In this document: one piece after another, positions 1-11,524 of the stretch
Layout of the letters: every line of letters begins with the position of its first letter
Numbering within the stretch: position 1 is the stretch's first letter
NCBI GenBank assembly: GCA_030390025.1
Contig: CM059432.1
Location: 45,076,001-45,140,000, forward strand
Source of the DNA: Squalus acanthias
Lineage: Eukaryota
Direction of reading: 5' to 3'
Length of the DNA: 64,000 bases
Translations under genes and position numbers: made by a program
The notes under the pieces: model-generated
What the model was told of the DNA's origin: nothing
The model's database searches: none
What the model saw: only the letters and a program-made list of their open reading frames with translations

Positions 1-545
1 TACGTACCAACACTGGTGAGTGGTCAATCCGGCAGTGACTAGACGTATGATATATGGCAACTGACCAGGTCGCCCGGCTGCAGCAGCGAGTGGTCAATTT
101 ACAGCATCTTTTATACCCCAAAACTTGGCAACCCTCCCATTGCGTACGTGTCTCTAACTATACGGATAATGGTCATCAGTTGTTTTTCAGTTCTTCTTAT
201 CAATAGTTCATTGAGCCTCCGTGGGTTTCAAGGCCGGTTACATTCCATAGTTTGAAGATGTTTTTGTCTTTGCACTGATTCCACAGCTCAATAGTCTGTT
301 CCCACAGAACTTTAAAAGTTTGTTTTCCATATCTGTTGAAAGACAGTTGGTAGCTTTCACAGCTTACAACCACAGCATCTTATTTTGCAAAGTTCTCACA
401 TCAACCAATCTTTTCTCCTCACGAAGCATGAAGGTACATAAAATGTGGTCAACTTTTTAAGTTTGGTCAAGTTGCATCAAAATTTACAGCAAATGGTGTG
501 TTCTTACAATGTCAAGGGCAGTCACTCTCACCTCACCTCTGGAAT

Positions 546-1090
546 TCAACTCTTTTGTCCATGTTTGGACCAAGGCTGTAATGAGGTCTGGAGCCGAGTG
601 GTCCTGGCGGAACCCAACTGAGCATCGGTGAGCAGGTTATTGGTGCGTAAGTGCTGCTTGATGGCACTGTTGGTGACACCTTCCTTCACTTTGCTGATGA
701 CTGAGAGTAGACTGCTGGGGCGGTAATTAGCCAGATTGGATTTGTGCCGCTTTTTGTAGACAGGACATACCTGGGCAATTTTCCACATTATCGGGTAGAT
801 GCCAGTCTTGTAGTTGTATTGGAACAGGTTGGCTAGAGGTGCAGCTAGTTCTGAAGCACAAGTCTTCAGCAGGACAGTGGGATGTTGTCAGGGCCCATAG
901 ACTTTGCTGTACCCAGTGTGCTAAGCCGTTCCTTGATATCACATGGAGTGAATCGAATTGGCTGAAGACTGGCTTCTGTGATGGTGGGGACCTAAGGAGG
1001 AGGCCGAGATGGATCATCCACTCAGCACTTCTGGCTGAAGATGTTTGCGAATGCTTCAGCCTTGTCTTTAGCACTCATATGCTGGGCTCC
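546..1090 (-). mobile_element. Non-LTR retrotransposon (CR1/L2-clade, 'family 2') RT fragment
   Basis: ORF 546-788 WKIAQVCPVYKK..NYRPSSLLSVISKV is the RT N-terminal motif. It matches the copies at 10090 and 53920. Confidence 0.85.
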
Positions 1091-1877
1091 GACATCCTCT
1101 TAAATCAATCCTCAATCATGTTAAATCCAGACAAGAGGTACACAATACAACCTCACAAAATGTCCGCTGTAATCTGGTTCCATTGACTTTGAAGCAGGAC
1201 CAGATATCCACCCTTACATTTCATTTCCCTCTCCTGTGTCTGCATTTCAATGAAAAACAGTCTCCTATCTTTTATGTGGGCCAATGACGTAGCAATGCTG
1301 TAAATGTTTAGCAGTTTCACATGCACTTAATATCTTCTTCAATCAGGTCTCATTACCGGTGCAATTTGCCCATGTAATCAGAGACAAAAAAATTACATGT
1401 GGGATATAAAGCAGATAATTAGTGTGTTCATGAGTTGCAAAAAACTGCTGTATGGAAAGATCCTACGCATGTACAAATATATTAGTATAAAATTGCAAAC
1501 AGTGTAAACACATAAACAGCACATTATTGGCAGTTACACAAATGACAACATACATTTTTGCATGTACAAATGATATTTGCTTATTTCCTACAAGGGAAAA
1601 ATAGAACCCCCAAGAGGTTTAATATCAGTTAATTCATGTTTATTTGTGCTTGCATCAAATTCCTTTGTGCATTATTTTAATACAGTTGTTAAGCCAAATA
1701 AATGCTAACAACTATGCTAAAATAGCGCACAAAGGAATTTTATGTGACTACATTAATTAGTGCATTACCAGAAGAAATAACAAGGTAGAACATACTGTGG
1801 CCATTAGTGTTAATGCTCATGTTATTTGAGCATTAATTCTCAGAGTGCACTGTGGCATGTCATTAATTCATGTTTTG

Positions 1878-2693
1878 GAAATTTAACGCAGAAAAGTGCG
1901 AAGTGATACATTTTGGTAGGAAGAAGGAGGAGAGGCAATATAAACTGAAGGGTACAATCCTAAATGGGGTGCATGAACAGAGACACCTAGAGGTATATGT
2001 GCACAAATCATTGAAAGTGGCAGGGCAGTTTGAGAAACCGGTTAAAAATTGCATACGGGATATTGGACTTCATAAATAGAGGCACAGAGTACAAAAGCAA
2101 GGAAGCTCTGATGAACCTTTATAAAACACTGGTTCAGCCTCAACTGGAGTATTGTGTTCAATTCTGGGCACCGCACATTAGGAAGGATATGAAGGCCTTA
2201 GAGAGGGTCCAGATAAGATTTACGAGAATGATTCCAGGGATGAGGGACTTCAGTTACGTGGATAGACTAGAGAAGCTGGGGTTGTTCTCATTAGAGCAGA
2301 GAAGGTTGAGAGAAGATTTGATTGAGGTATTCAAAATCATGAGGGGTCTAGACAGAGTAGATAGAGAGAAACTGTCCCCATTGGCAGAAGGGTCGAGAAC
2401 CAGAGGACACAGATTCAAGGTGATTGGCAAAAGAACCAAAGGCGACATGAGGAAAAACTTTTTTACGCAGCGAGTGGTTAGGATCTGGAATGCACTTCCT
2501 GAAAGGGTGGTGGAGGCAGATTCAATTGTGGCTTTCAAAAGGGAATTGGATAAGTACCTGAAGGAAAAAATTTGCAGGGCTACGGGGAAAGGGCGGGGCA
2601 GTGTGTCTAGCTGAAGTGCTCTTGCAGAGAGCTGGCACGGGCTTGACAGGCCGAATGGCCTCTTTCTGTGCTGTAACCATTCTATGATTCTAT
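1878..2693 (+). mobile_element. CR1 LINE, 5'-truncated 3' fragment
   Basis: FNAEKCEVIHFG..LYKTLVQPQLEYCVQFWAP..LERVQ..FFTQRVVRIWNALP, followed by a 3' stem-loop (GGCCGAATGGCC) and an ATTCTATG-type tail. Confidence 0.95.
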
Positions 2694-2695
2694 AG

Positions 2696-3080
2696 GTAGG
2701 TAGGGAGTTCCAGGATTTTGACCCAACAATGATGAAAGTACAGCGATATTTGTTCAAGTCAAGATGGTATGTGACTTGGAAGGGAGCTTGGAAGTGATGG
2801 TCTTCCCATCCACCTGCTCTCCTTGTCCTTCTAGCTGGTGTAGATTGCGGGTTTGGGAGGCGCTGTCGAAGAATCCTTGGTGACTTGCTGTAGATGGTAC
2901 ACACTGCGGCCACAGTACCCCGGCGGTGGAAGGAGTGAATGTTTAACCTGCTGGATGGGGTGCCGATCAAGCGGATTGCTTTGTCCTGTATGGTGTTGAG
3001 CATCTTGAGTGATGTTGCTGTTGCACCCATCCAGACAAGTGGACAGTACTGTGTCACATTCCTGACATGCTTTGTAGGTG
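2696..3080 (-). mobile_element. CR1/L2-clade 'family 2' LINE 3' fragment
   Basis: YCPLVWMGATATSLKMLNTIQDKAIRLIG..SKSWNSLP. Homologous to 10900-11300. Confidence 0.85.
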
Positions 3081-3230
3081 GTATGTTCAACTACTACAAC
3101 AATTTAAGTGATTAAAGGAAGGATTATCATTAGTTGTAGAAATAGTGCCCCATTTTCCAGTACCTACATTATGCTTGTGACTTGCTTGGTAACTCCTATC
3201 TCCTGTGTCTGTAGACTTCTTAGAATCATT

Positions 3231-3402
3231 GGGGGTAATTTTCACCTTCATTGCTTGAGCAGTGAATTAGCAGAGCAGATTGCATGCCCTTGATGGAACT
3301 TGCCCGATTTTAATTTCCATTGAAAATTGGCAGGTTCTATAAAGGATGGGTGGTGCCCTCTACCAGTTTATTGTACAAGTGGTGAAGGTGAAAATTACAC
3401 CC
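3231..3402. mobile_element. 172-bp palindromic Harbinger-type MITE
   Basis: TIRs GGGGGTAATTTTCACCTTCA / TGAAGGTGAAAATTACACCC, with a 3-bp TSD ATT on both sides. Confidence 0.8.
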
Positions 3403-3459
3403 ATTGCTAGGTGAATAACTGCAATGAAAGGTTCTAGATTGCCGCTACTGACCTAATCT

Positions 3460-3900
3460 TGGAAACAGAATTGGATTCCTTGCTCCTCTTGCTCTGCATT
3501 TGGAAACGGATGAACAAGAACAGGAAAGGGTCATCCATAATATCAGGTGGGACACCAGATGTGCAATATCCTCTTGCAAGTACCAAACAAGGTAGATATA
3601 TCATCCCAGGAAGAGGTACCTGGGAATATTGGAGAAGCGATGTCTTCGATCTAAAGACATAGGAAACTCAGATTAAGCCAGAAAATAGTAACAGAGCTCT
3701 GCCACCTGCTCCACCAGGACCTGAAGATAACATGTACTATTTGCATGCCATTGCCAATGACCATGAAAGTCATAATGGTGCTTAACCTCTGTGAGTCATG
3801 TCTCCTGTGCTGGCCTGGAAGAAACATCAGCTGTATCAGTCAGTTTTCTGTGCACAAATGTACTAAGGACATGACTGTGTTGCCTAAGTGGTCATTTTTT
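3460..3900 (+). pseudogene. Degraded PIF/Harbinger transposase N-terminal relic
   Basis: 3691-3723 reads TELCHLLHQDL, matching TELCHLLQPDL of the transposase at 39593-40522. The flanking frames are broken. Confidence 0.6.
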
Positions 3901-5750
3901 CTGTGTGAACCTAGACAGAAAGAGTTGCCAGGTTATTCATTCAGATGGGACATAAAAGCTAAGTCCCATTCCATCTTTATCAGATGTCCACAGATACAAG
4001 GTTATAAGGCAAGAATCATTAACAGGAATCCTAGCTGATTTTCCCCTCTCTACTCTAGGGTGCTGAGGCCAATTATGGGATTGAACCACACAAATTTACT
4101 AACTGAACCTGCTTTCAGATTTGTATTGAAAAATTTATCAAAATGTCAATTGTCCTTCTTGTAATGAAACATTGGTAATGAGGATTTAGAAGTTCCAAAT
4201 GATCTTTCACAGTATGTATTAGTTTTGTGAAACTAATTTAGGAAAGATATGGGACTGCATGACTCCATATTGCCTCAATTAATATAGTGCTTCTTTTAAT
4301 GGAAAATGAAAATGGCAACTCGCAATCTTTATTTTGACTTTGATTGGTACTGTTAATTTTGTAGATGCTGTTTTCATTCCCTTACAGATTGATGCAGCTG
4401 GCCTTGGTGTAGTTTCCATTTTTTCTGAAACATCTGTACTATTTAAGAAAATCAGTGGGAGATTGTATTGTGCTTTCTACCATGCTGTGTGTACCCTTCA
4501 AAATACCATCTCATTAAATGAAGAACAGTTACGTTAATATGAATGATTTGGGGAGATTAAGTAAAAGGGGTGTTTAGCCTTAACACAGCACAAACACTTT
4601 CATTATCTGCAGTCATGCCAAAGGCTATGAATTATTCTCTGTATCATCCCTTGATTTGGAAGCCTCTTTGCTATCCTTAGTGGACAGCACTACTAAGACG
4701 ATTTAATTTTCAGATATCCATTAAGACTCCTGCTCTTCCACTACTTTCTATTTTATTTCATCCAGTAGTCCACTGTGGTTCAGTATTTGGGGTTGAATGT
4801 CCATGGGGGTTCTCCTGATCATGCCCCAAAACTTCAGCGGAAGATCCATGGAAACCTCGCAGAAACGGCATAAACTCAGCCCTATGATTTTAGGATTCCC
4901 AGATTTGAATAAATGCATATTTAAAAACGTAATTTTATTGTTTACAAATGGGTTATTATGGTTGGTAGAGTTTATTAAGCAGTATACATTCTAATTGCGT
5001 GGAACAGATGCAGAAAAGCACTTATTGAACAGGAACTGCATTTTGCCTGTTGCAGTTTGATAACCATGCTTTTTAAAGCAATTTTCTTCCTTTTTTGCCC
5101 CTCATTCACTTCTCCAAACTCTTCTATTACTGATTAACATTAGTTCTTCCTTGATAAAATGCCTTGGCACATTTTACTATGTTAAAGGCGCTATATAAAT
5201 GTAAGCTGTTGTAGTAGGCTGTGTGAAGACCTCACAGCAAAGCCTGATCCTGTCCTATCCCAACATGTGCAAATGTTTACAGGTGTCATTGGATCGTGAT
5301 CAGCAGCAGGAACCATGGCTGATTTTTTTCCCCTCCGAAGCCCATAGACACTGAGCTCAACTTCAAGTCTCCATACTTACCTCCAGCACAAGCCAACTAA
5401 ATTAGCACAACATAGAGATTGAATCTGGTCTAGATGTTCAGCACCACACCACAAGGTGCAATTATCTATTGAAATTGAGGAAACCCAACAAATAGTTTAA
5501 AGTAAATCAGATGTACACCAGGGGAGAAACAAATGCAGCAGATGTCTCCTCTGGTTTCCAAATGATAGCAGATCAGATTGAGTAAAATTTTACCAAGGGC
5601 TTTACAGATCTCATTGGTGCCATCAGATCTGTTAACACTCTGATAAGTGAGCCCAGCAGCTGGGGCATAGCTGTACATCAAGGATAAGGGTCTGCCTCTC
5701 TGGACAGTTTCACACCTGGACCCTGTCATCATCCTGCTTCTTTCACAGTA

Positions 5751-8577
5751 TTGAGAGGTCGCACAACACCAGGTTATAGTCCAACAGTTTTATTTGAAAT
5801 CACAAGCTTTCGGAACTATCGCTCCTTCCTCAGGTGAAGTAAATTGGATACAGAATCGTCAGAGCATATATAGATGGAAAAAAAAGCATGTGTACTTTAC
5901 AATTGCAGACCAATAAATTAAATCATCCTGACTATCTGCCGAGGTGTGATAAAGTTAATTAAGTCAGCCAGGAAGGTACCACATCAAAAGACATAGCAAG
6001 ATACAACTGAGACAATGAGGTGAAGTCGCAGGGGTTCTAACGTGTCAAAAGCTGCCGTCTGTATGTAAAACGAAAAGCTTTAAAAAAAAAAATTTACTTT
6101 TTTACTGGGAAAATTTTTACTTTTTTACTGGGAATCACATCTGTGAACAAGCTAACGACGACTCGAGTCCGGATCACGTCATGTATCGTGACATAAACCC
6201 AAGATCCCGATTGAGACCGTCTTCATGAGTGCAGAACTTGGCTATCAGTTTCTGCTCGATGATTTTGCGTTGTCGTGTGTTTCTAAGGTTGCCTTGGAGA
6301 ACGCTTACCCGCAGATCCGAGGCTGAATGTCCTTGACTGCTGAAGTGTTCCCCGACTGGGAGGTAACAATCCTGCCTGGCGATTGTTGCGCGGTGCTCGT
6401 TTATACGTTGTCTCAGTGTCTGCATGGTCTCGCCGATGTACCATGCCGCGGTGCATTCTTTCCTGCAACGTATGAGGTAGACAACGTTGGCCGAGTCACA
6501 TGAGTATGTACCATGTACCTGGTGGGTAGTGTCCTCACGTGTGATGGTGGTATCTGTGTTGATGATCTGGCATGTCTTGCAGAGTTTGCCATGGCAGGGT
6601 TGTGTGGTGTCGTGGTCGCTGTTATCCTGAAAGCTGGGTAATTTGCTGCGAACGATGGTACTTCTGAGGTTAGGCGGCTGTTTGAAGGCAAGTAGTGGAG
6701 GCGTGGGGATGGCCTTAGCGAGGTGTTTGTCGTCATCGATGACATGTTGAAGGCTGCGAAGAACATGTCGTAGTTTCTCCGCTCCGGGGAAGTACTGGAC
6801 GACGTAGGGTACCCTGTTGGTTGTGTCCCGTGTTTGCCTTCTGAGGAGGTCTATGCGATTTTTCGCTGTGGCCCGTCGGAACTGTCGATCGATGAGTCGA
6901 GCGTCATATCCCGTTCTTACGAGGGCGTTTTTCAGCGTCCGTAGGTGTCCATCGCGTTCCTCCTCGTCTGAGCAGATCCTGTGTATTCGCAGGGCTTGTC
7001 CATAGGGGATGGCTTCTTTAACATGGTTAGGGTGGAAGCTGGAGAAGTGGAGCATCGTGAGGTTGTCCGTGGGCTTGCGGTAGAGTGAAGTGCTGAGGTG
7101 TCCGTCTTTGATGGAGATTCGTGTGTCCAGGAATGAGACCGATTCTGAGGAGTAGTCCATGGTGAGTTTGATGGTGGGATGGAACTTGTTTATGTTATCG
7201 TGTAGTCTTTTCAGTGATCCTTCGCCATGGGTCCAAAGGAAGAAAATGTCGTCGATGTATCTGGTGTACAGCGGTGGCTGGAGGTCCTGTGCAGCGAAGA
7301 AGTCTTGCTCGAACTTGTGCATGAAGATGTTGGCGTATTGGGGTGCGAATTTGGTCCCCATGGCTGTTCCGTGTGTTTGGGTAAAAAAATGGTTGTCGAA
7401 GGTGAAGACATTGTGGTCAAGGATGAAGCGGATGAGTTGTAGGATGGCGTCTGGAGATTGGCTGTTGTTGATGTTGAGTACTGAGGCTGTTGCAGCGATG
7501 CCGTCATCGTGGGGGATACTGGTGTAGAGTGCCGATACGTCCATCGTGGCAAGGAGTGTTCCTGGTTCAACTGGTCCGTGGGTGCTGAGTTTCTGTAAGA
7601 AGTCTGTAGTGTCGCGACAGAAGCTGGGGGTTCCCTGTACGATGGGTTTCAGAATGCCCTCGACGTATCCAGAGAGGTTCTCACACAGGGTTCCATTGCC
7701 TGATACGATAGGACGTCCGGGTGTGTTGGCTTTGTGTATCTTTGGGAGGCAGTAGAAGTCTCCCACGCGGGGAGTACGTGGGATGAGAGCGCGTAGGATG
7801 TTTTGAAGGTCTGGATCGAAGGTCTTGATCAGTCTATTGAGTTGGCGGGTGTGTTCTTTGGTCGGATCTGCGGGTAGCTGTCTGTAGTGTTCCTGGTTGT
7901 CCAGTTGTCGGTATGCTTCTTTACAATAGTCCGTTCTGTTCTGTATGACGATGGCTCCTCCTTTGTCCGCTGGTTTGATGACAATGTTGCGGTTGGTCTT
8001 GAGAGCGTGGATGGCGTTGCGTTGTGCTCGGGTGACATTCTGGACTGTCTTGTGAGTGCGGCTGATGAATCTGGCGTTGATGCATTTCCTGACAGCTTGA
8101 GCATACATGTCAAGCTTGGGGCAGCGACCCTCCGGAGGGGTCCAGTTTGACTCTTTTTTCTTCGGTTGCTGCACTGCGAGTCCCTCTGTCTGCTGTTCTG
8201 GATCATTGATTGTCTCATTGGGTTTGTTGCTGACATCTTGGGATTTGTGGAAGTATTCCCGGAGCCTCATTCTCCTGATGAATTCCTCCGTGTCTGCCGC
8301 GAGACCGATGGGGTCCATTTTGGTGGTTGGGCAGAACTTGAGCCCTAGGGCGAGAACTTCGATTTCGTCTGGTTGAAGGGTATGGTCGGACAAGTTGACG
8401 ATGGACTTCCCTGTGGTTGCAGCCGTGGTACCGGGGGAGGCTTGGTTGCTGCTGGTGGTGATGCCGAGTTTCTCAAGCTTCCTGTTCTTGATGCGCATGT
8501 AGGCAGCGTAGTTCCGTTGCCTCGTCTGTTTGGTGGTGTCTCGTAACTGGTCTGCTGTGTCCTGAGCACAGGCTGAG
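5751..8577 (-). mobile_element. Penelope-like element (Poseidon-type), 5'-truncated
   Basis: RT + GIY-YIG ORF and a 3' region with HHR and AATAAA. Candidate TSD ACAGTA at 5745-5750 and 8578-8583. Confidence 0.93.
5800..5837 (-). ncRNA. Minimal type I hammerhead ribozyme (family A)
   Basis: Minus strand UCAC-CUGAGGA-AGGAGC GAUA GUUCC-GAAA-GCUU-GUGA: both core boxes, stem I UCAC/GUGA, and a palindromic AAGCUU stem III. Confidence 0.85.
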
Positions 8578-8588
8578 ACAGTACACAT
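6174..8588 (-). CDS. Penelope-type reverse transcriptase + GIY-YIG endonuclease (804 aa, uninterrupted)
   Basis: RT motifs IKPADKGGA, FYCLPKIHK..PGRPIVS, MDVSALYTSIP, GTAMGT, RYIDD and YRKPT. GIY-YIG motif NVVYLIRC..YIGET..LRQRINEH and C-terminal GLN. Confidence 0.95.
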   Translation of the reverse strand: MCTVSACAQDTADQLRDTTKQTRQRNYAAYMRIKNRKLEKLGITTSSNQASPGTTAATTGKSIVNLSDHTLQPDEIEVLALGLKFCPTTKMDPIGLAADTEEFIRRMRLREYFHKSQDVSNKPNETINDPEQQTEGLAVQQPKKKESNWTPPEGRCPKLDMYAQAVRKCINARFISRTHKTVQNVTRAQRNAIHALKTNRNIVIKPADKGGAIVIQNRTDYCKEAYRQLDNQEHYRQLPADPTKEHTRQLNRLIKTFDPDLQNILRALIPRTPRVGDFYCLPKIHKANTPGRPIVSGNGTLCENLSGYVEGILKPIVQGTPSFCRDTTDFLQKLSTHGPVEPGTLLATMDVSALYTSIPHDDGIAATASVLNINNSQSPDAILQLIRFILDHNVFTFDNHFFTQTHGTAMGTKFAPQYANIFMHKFEQDFFAAQDLQPPLYTRYIDDIFFLWTHGEGSLKRLHDNINKFHPTIKLTMDYSSESVSFLDTRISIKDGHLSTSLYRKPTDNLTMLHFSSFHPNHVKEAIPYGQALRIHRICSDEEERDGHLRTLKNALVRTGYDARLIDRQFRRATAKNRIDLLRRQTRDTTNRVPYVVQYFPGAEKLRHVLRSLQHVIDDDKHLAKAIPTPPLLAFKQPPNLRSTIVRSKLPSFQDNSDHDTTQPCHGKLCKTCQIINTDTTITREDTTHQVHGTYSCDSANVVYLIRCRKECTAAWYIGETMQTLRQRINEHRATIARQDCYLPVGEHFSSQGHSASDLRVSVLQGNLRNTRQRKIIEQKLIAKFCTHEDGLNRDLGFMSRYMT

Positions 8589-8757
8589 GGCACAAACTGT
8601 GCTGGTCCAAGCAACCCCACAGCTTAGGATGTTGGGAAGTCATAGCAGGGTCATCTTGAGGCCTAGCTCAAGCAGGTGTCCCAGGAGGCCCAAACTGACA
8701 CTCAGCACATTGTCACCTCTCTGACTTCAGCCACTGAGGAAACATATAAAAGGAGCA

Positions 8758-8911
8758 CGATAGCAAAATACTGCGGATGCTGGAAATCCGAAATAACAAC
8801 AGAAAACGCTGGAAAAACTCAGCGGGCCAGACAACATCCGTGGAGAGAGAAAGAGTTAACGTTTCAGGTCGATGACCTTTCGTCAGAACTGGGAAGAGCC
8901 GGAAATCAAAA
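8758..8911 (-). mobile_element. Solo Penelope 3' end (family B) with HHR
   Basis: 14-bp TSD ATATAAAAGGAGCA (8744-8757, 8912-8925). Homologous to 21300-21430, which lies downstream of a GIY-YIG frame. Confidence 0.88.
8854..8890 (-). ncRNA. Minimal type I hammerhead ribozyme (family B)
   Basis: AGUU-CUGACGA-AAGGUC AUC GACCU-GAAA-CGUU-AACU, with palindromic AACGUU. Confidence 0.85.
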
Positions 8912-9361
8912 ATATAAAAGGAGCATATTGGGTTCAAGAGCACATAAATGATTCAGGTTCAGGAAAGGGAAGCACAATAGAGCCACACACACACAAATCA
9001 CTTGTAGGCAATAAATATTTGGTAGCAATTTAAACAATTATGTGCCCAGAGAGTGTTCTTGCTATTGTCTTGGGTAATGTTTCATCAGAGAAAAGAATGG
9101 GGATAAATAAGACTTGAGATGCAATATTGCCCAATGCTGGGTAGGGTGTAGTTAGCCGTTGTATTGAGCATATGGCTGTACATGTGTTCGAGGCCATAGG
9201 TTTCTTATTTGGTCGTTTTGTCTAAGAAAACCTGCCATTTCTTCTGTGTGCTCCTGGGGGGTCTTCTGGTTCCAGTGGGTTTGGATCCTCATGCAATAGC
9301 TCTATGTGGTTGCAGGCAGCATATGAGCACTTGAGTATCTGAAGATGAATGAGAGAAAGTC

Positions 9362-9810
9362 TTTCATTTAAGTAGTGCCTTTCATGACCTCAGGATGTCC
9401 CAAAGCACTTTACAGCAAATTAAGTAGTTTTGAAGTGTAGTCACTGTTGTAATGTAGGAAACGCAGCAGCCAATTTGCACACAGCAAGCTCCCGCAAACA
9501 GCAATATGATAATGAGCAGATAATCTGTTTTAGTGATGTTGATTGAGGAATAAATATTGGCCAGGACACCGGGGATAATTTCCCTGCCCTTCTTCAAAGT
9601 AGTGCTGTGGGATCTTTTCCATCCACCTGAGAGGGTAGACAGGGCTTCAATTTAACATCTCATCTGAAAGACGACACCTCTGACAGTGCAGCACTCCCTC
9701 AGTACTACACTGGAGTGTCAGCCTAGATTTTTTTTGTGCTTCAGTCTCTGGAGTGAGACATGAACCCACAACCTTCTAACTCAGAGGTGAGAGTGCTACC
9801 ACTGACCCAC
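9362..9810 (-). mobile_element. tRNA-derived SINE (SacSINE1/DeuSINE-like), near full length
   Basis: Minus-strand head GTGGGTCAGTGGTAGCACTCTC..GGGTTCATGTC (A/B boxes). The body is shared with 18285-18645, 56250-56468 and 47120-47221. The family name is from recall. Confidence 0.75.
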
Positions 9811-9867
9811 GGAAGAAGGTGTTGTGGCTGCTGCTGAGGTTGCAAGTATTGACATACATGATTCTGT

Positions 9868-10090
9868 GCTCATGTGACACACAAGTTGCACATTGAGGAA
9901 GTTACATTCCTTACAGGTCACCTGTTCAAGGCAGTGTTAGTGACATCCCTGTGGGTGCCTGGAAGAATCCTGATGCATAGTAATTGAAGGCAATGGTGCC
10001 ACTTAGTGTCACTAGTAGTACTGTGTATGTGGTGCACTCTTTCACAACCTTTTCATTGAATCATAGCCTTCTGAGGCACGATTCCTCAGA
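9868..10090 (-). pseudogene. Degraded Harbinger transposase relic
   Basis: The minus strand gives SEESCLRRL*F..AFNYYASGFFQ..FLNVQLVC (HARBI1-family motifs), with internal deletions. Confidence 0.7.
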
Positions 10091-11430
10091 CAAATTCAAT
10101 CCGGCCAATTACCGCCCCATCAGCAAAGTGGTGGAAGGTGTCGTTGACAGCACTATCAAGCAACACTTACTCACCAATAACCTGCTCACCAATGCTCAGT
10201 TTGGGTTCTGCCAGAAACACTCAGCTCCAGACTTCATTACATGTCCAAACATGGACAAAAGAACTGAATTCCAGAGGTGAGATGAGAGTGACTACCCTTG
10301 ACATCAAGGCAGCATTTGACCAAGTGTGGCATCAAGGAGCCCTAGTAAAATTGAAGTCAATGAGAATAAGGGGGGAAACTCTCCAAAGGCTGGAGGCATA
10401 CCTAGCACAAAGGAAGATGGTTGTGGTTGTTGAAGGTCAATCATCTCAGCCCCAGGACATTGCTGCATGAGTTCCTCAGGGCAGTGTCCTAGGCCCAACT
10501 ATCTTCAGCTGCTTCATCAATGACCTTCCCTCCATCATAAGGTCAGAAGTGGGGATGTTAGCTGATGATTGCACAGTGTTCAGTTCCATTTGCAATTCCT
10601 CATATAATTAAGTAGTCCATGCCCGCATGCAGCAAGATCTGGACGACATTCAGGCTTGGGCTGATAAGTGGCAAGTAACATTCGCCAGGCAATGACTATG
10701 TCCAACAAGCGAGAGTCTAATCACCGCCCCTTGACATTCAACGGCATTACCATCACCGAATCCTCCACCATCTACATCCTGGGAGTCACCATTGACCAGA
10801 AACTTAACTGCACCATACACATAAATACTGTGGCAACAAGAGCAGGTCAGAGGCTAGGTATTCTGCAACGAGTGTCTCACCTGCTGACTCCCCAAACCAT
10901 TTCCACCATCTACAAGGCACAAGTCAGGAGTGTGATGGAATACTCTCCACTTGCCTGGATGAGTGCAACTCTAACACCATTCAAGAAGCTTGACACCATC
11001 CAGGATGCTTGATTGGCACCCCATCCACCACCTTAAACATTCACTTCCTCCACCACCGGCGCACCGTGGCTGCAGTGTGTACCATCTACAAGATGCACTG
11101 CAGCAACTCGCCAAGGCTTCTTCGACAGCACCTCCCAAACCCGTGACCTCTACCACCTAGAAGGACAAGGGCAGCAATCGCATGGGAACAGCACCACCTC
11201 CAAGTTCCCCTCCAAGTCACACACCATCCTGATTTGGAAATAGATCGCCGTTCCTTCATCATCGCTGGGTCAAAATCCTGGAACTCCCTCCCTAACAGCA
11301 CTGTGGGAGTACCTTCACCACACGGACTGCAGCGGTTCAAGAAGGTGGCTCGACACCACCTTCTCAAGGGCAATTAGGGATGGGCAATAAATGCTGGCCT
11401 TGCTAGCGACGCCCAGATTCCAGGAACAAA
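10090..11430 (+). mobile_element. CR1/L2-clade 'family 2' LINE, 5'-truncated, frameshifted
   Basis: NPANYRPIS, LDIKAAFDQVWH, VPQGSVLGP, LADD, IYKAQVRSVMEY. 3' end GGGCAATAAATGCTGGCC. Confidence 0.92.
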
Positions 11431-11524
11431 TTTAAAAAAAGACATATTTGTGTAGTTTGCCTTAAATAAATAAATATATGTAGCTTGAAGCATAGTTGAT
11501 GGTGCAGCGAATATACTTGTGATA

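Noticed and set aside
2254..3090. 278-aa minus-strand ORF
   Set aside because: A chance read-through from a LINE fragment into the antisense strand of a CR1.
6283..8620. Overlapping short ORFs within the Penelope CDS
   Set aside because: Alternative-frame and antisense shadows of a GC-rich coding region.
9745..9810. tRNA gene
   Set aside because: The A/B boxes belong to a SINE head. The sequence continues into the SINE body and no complete cloverleaf was evident.
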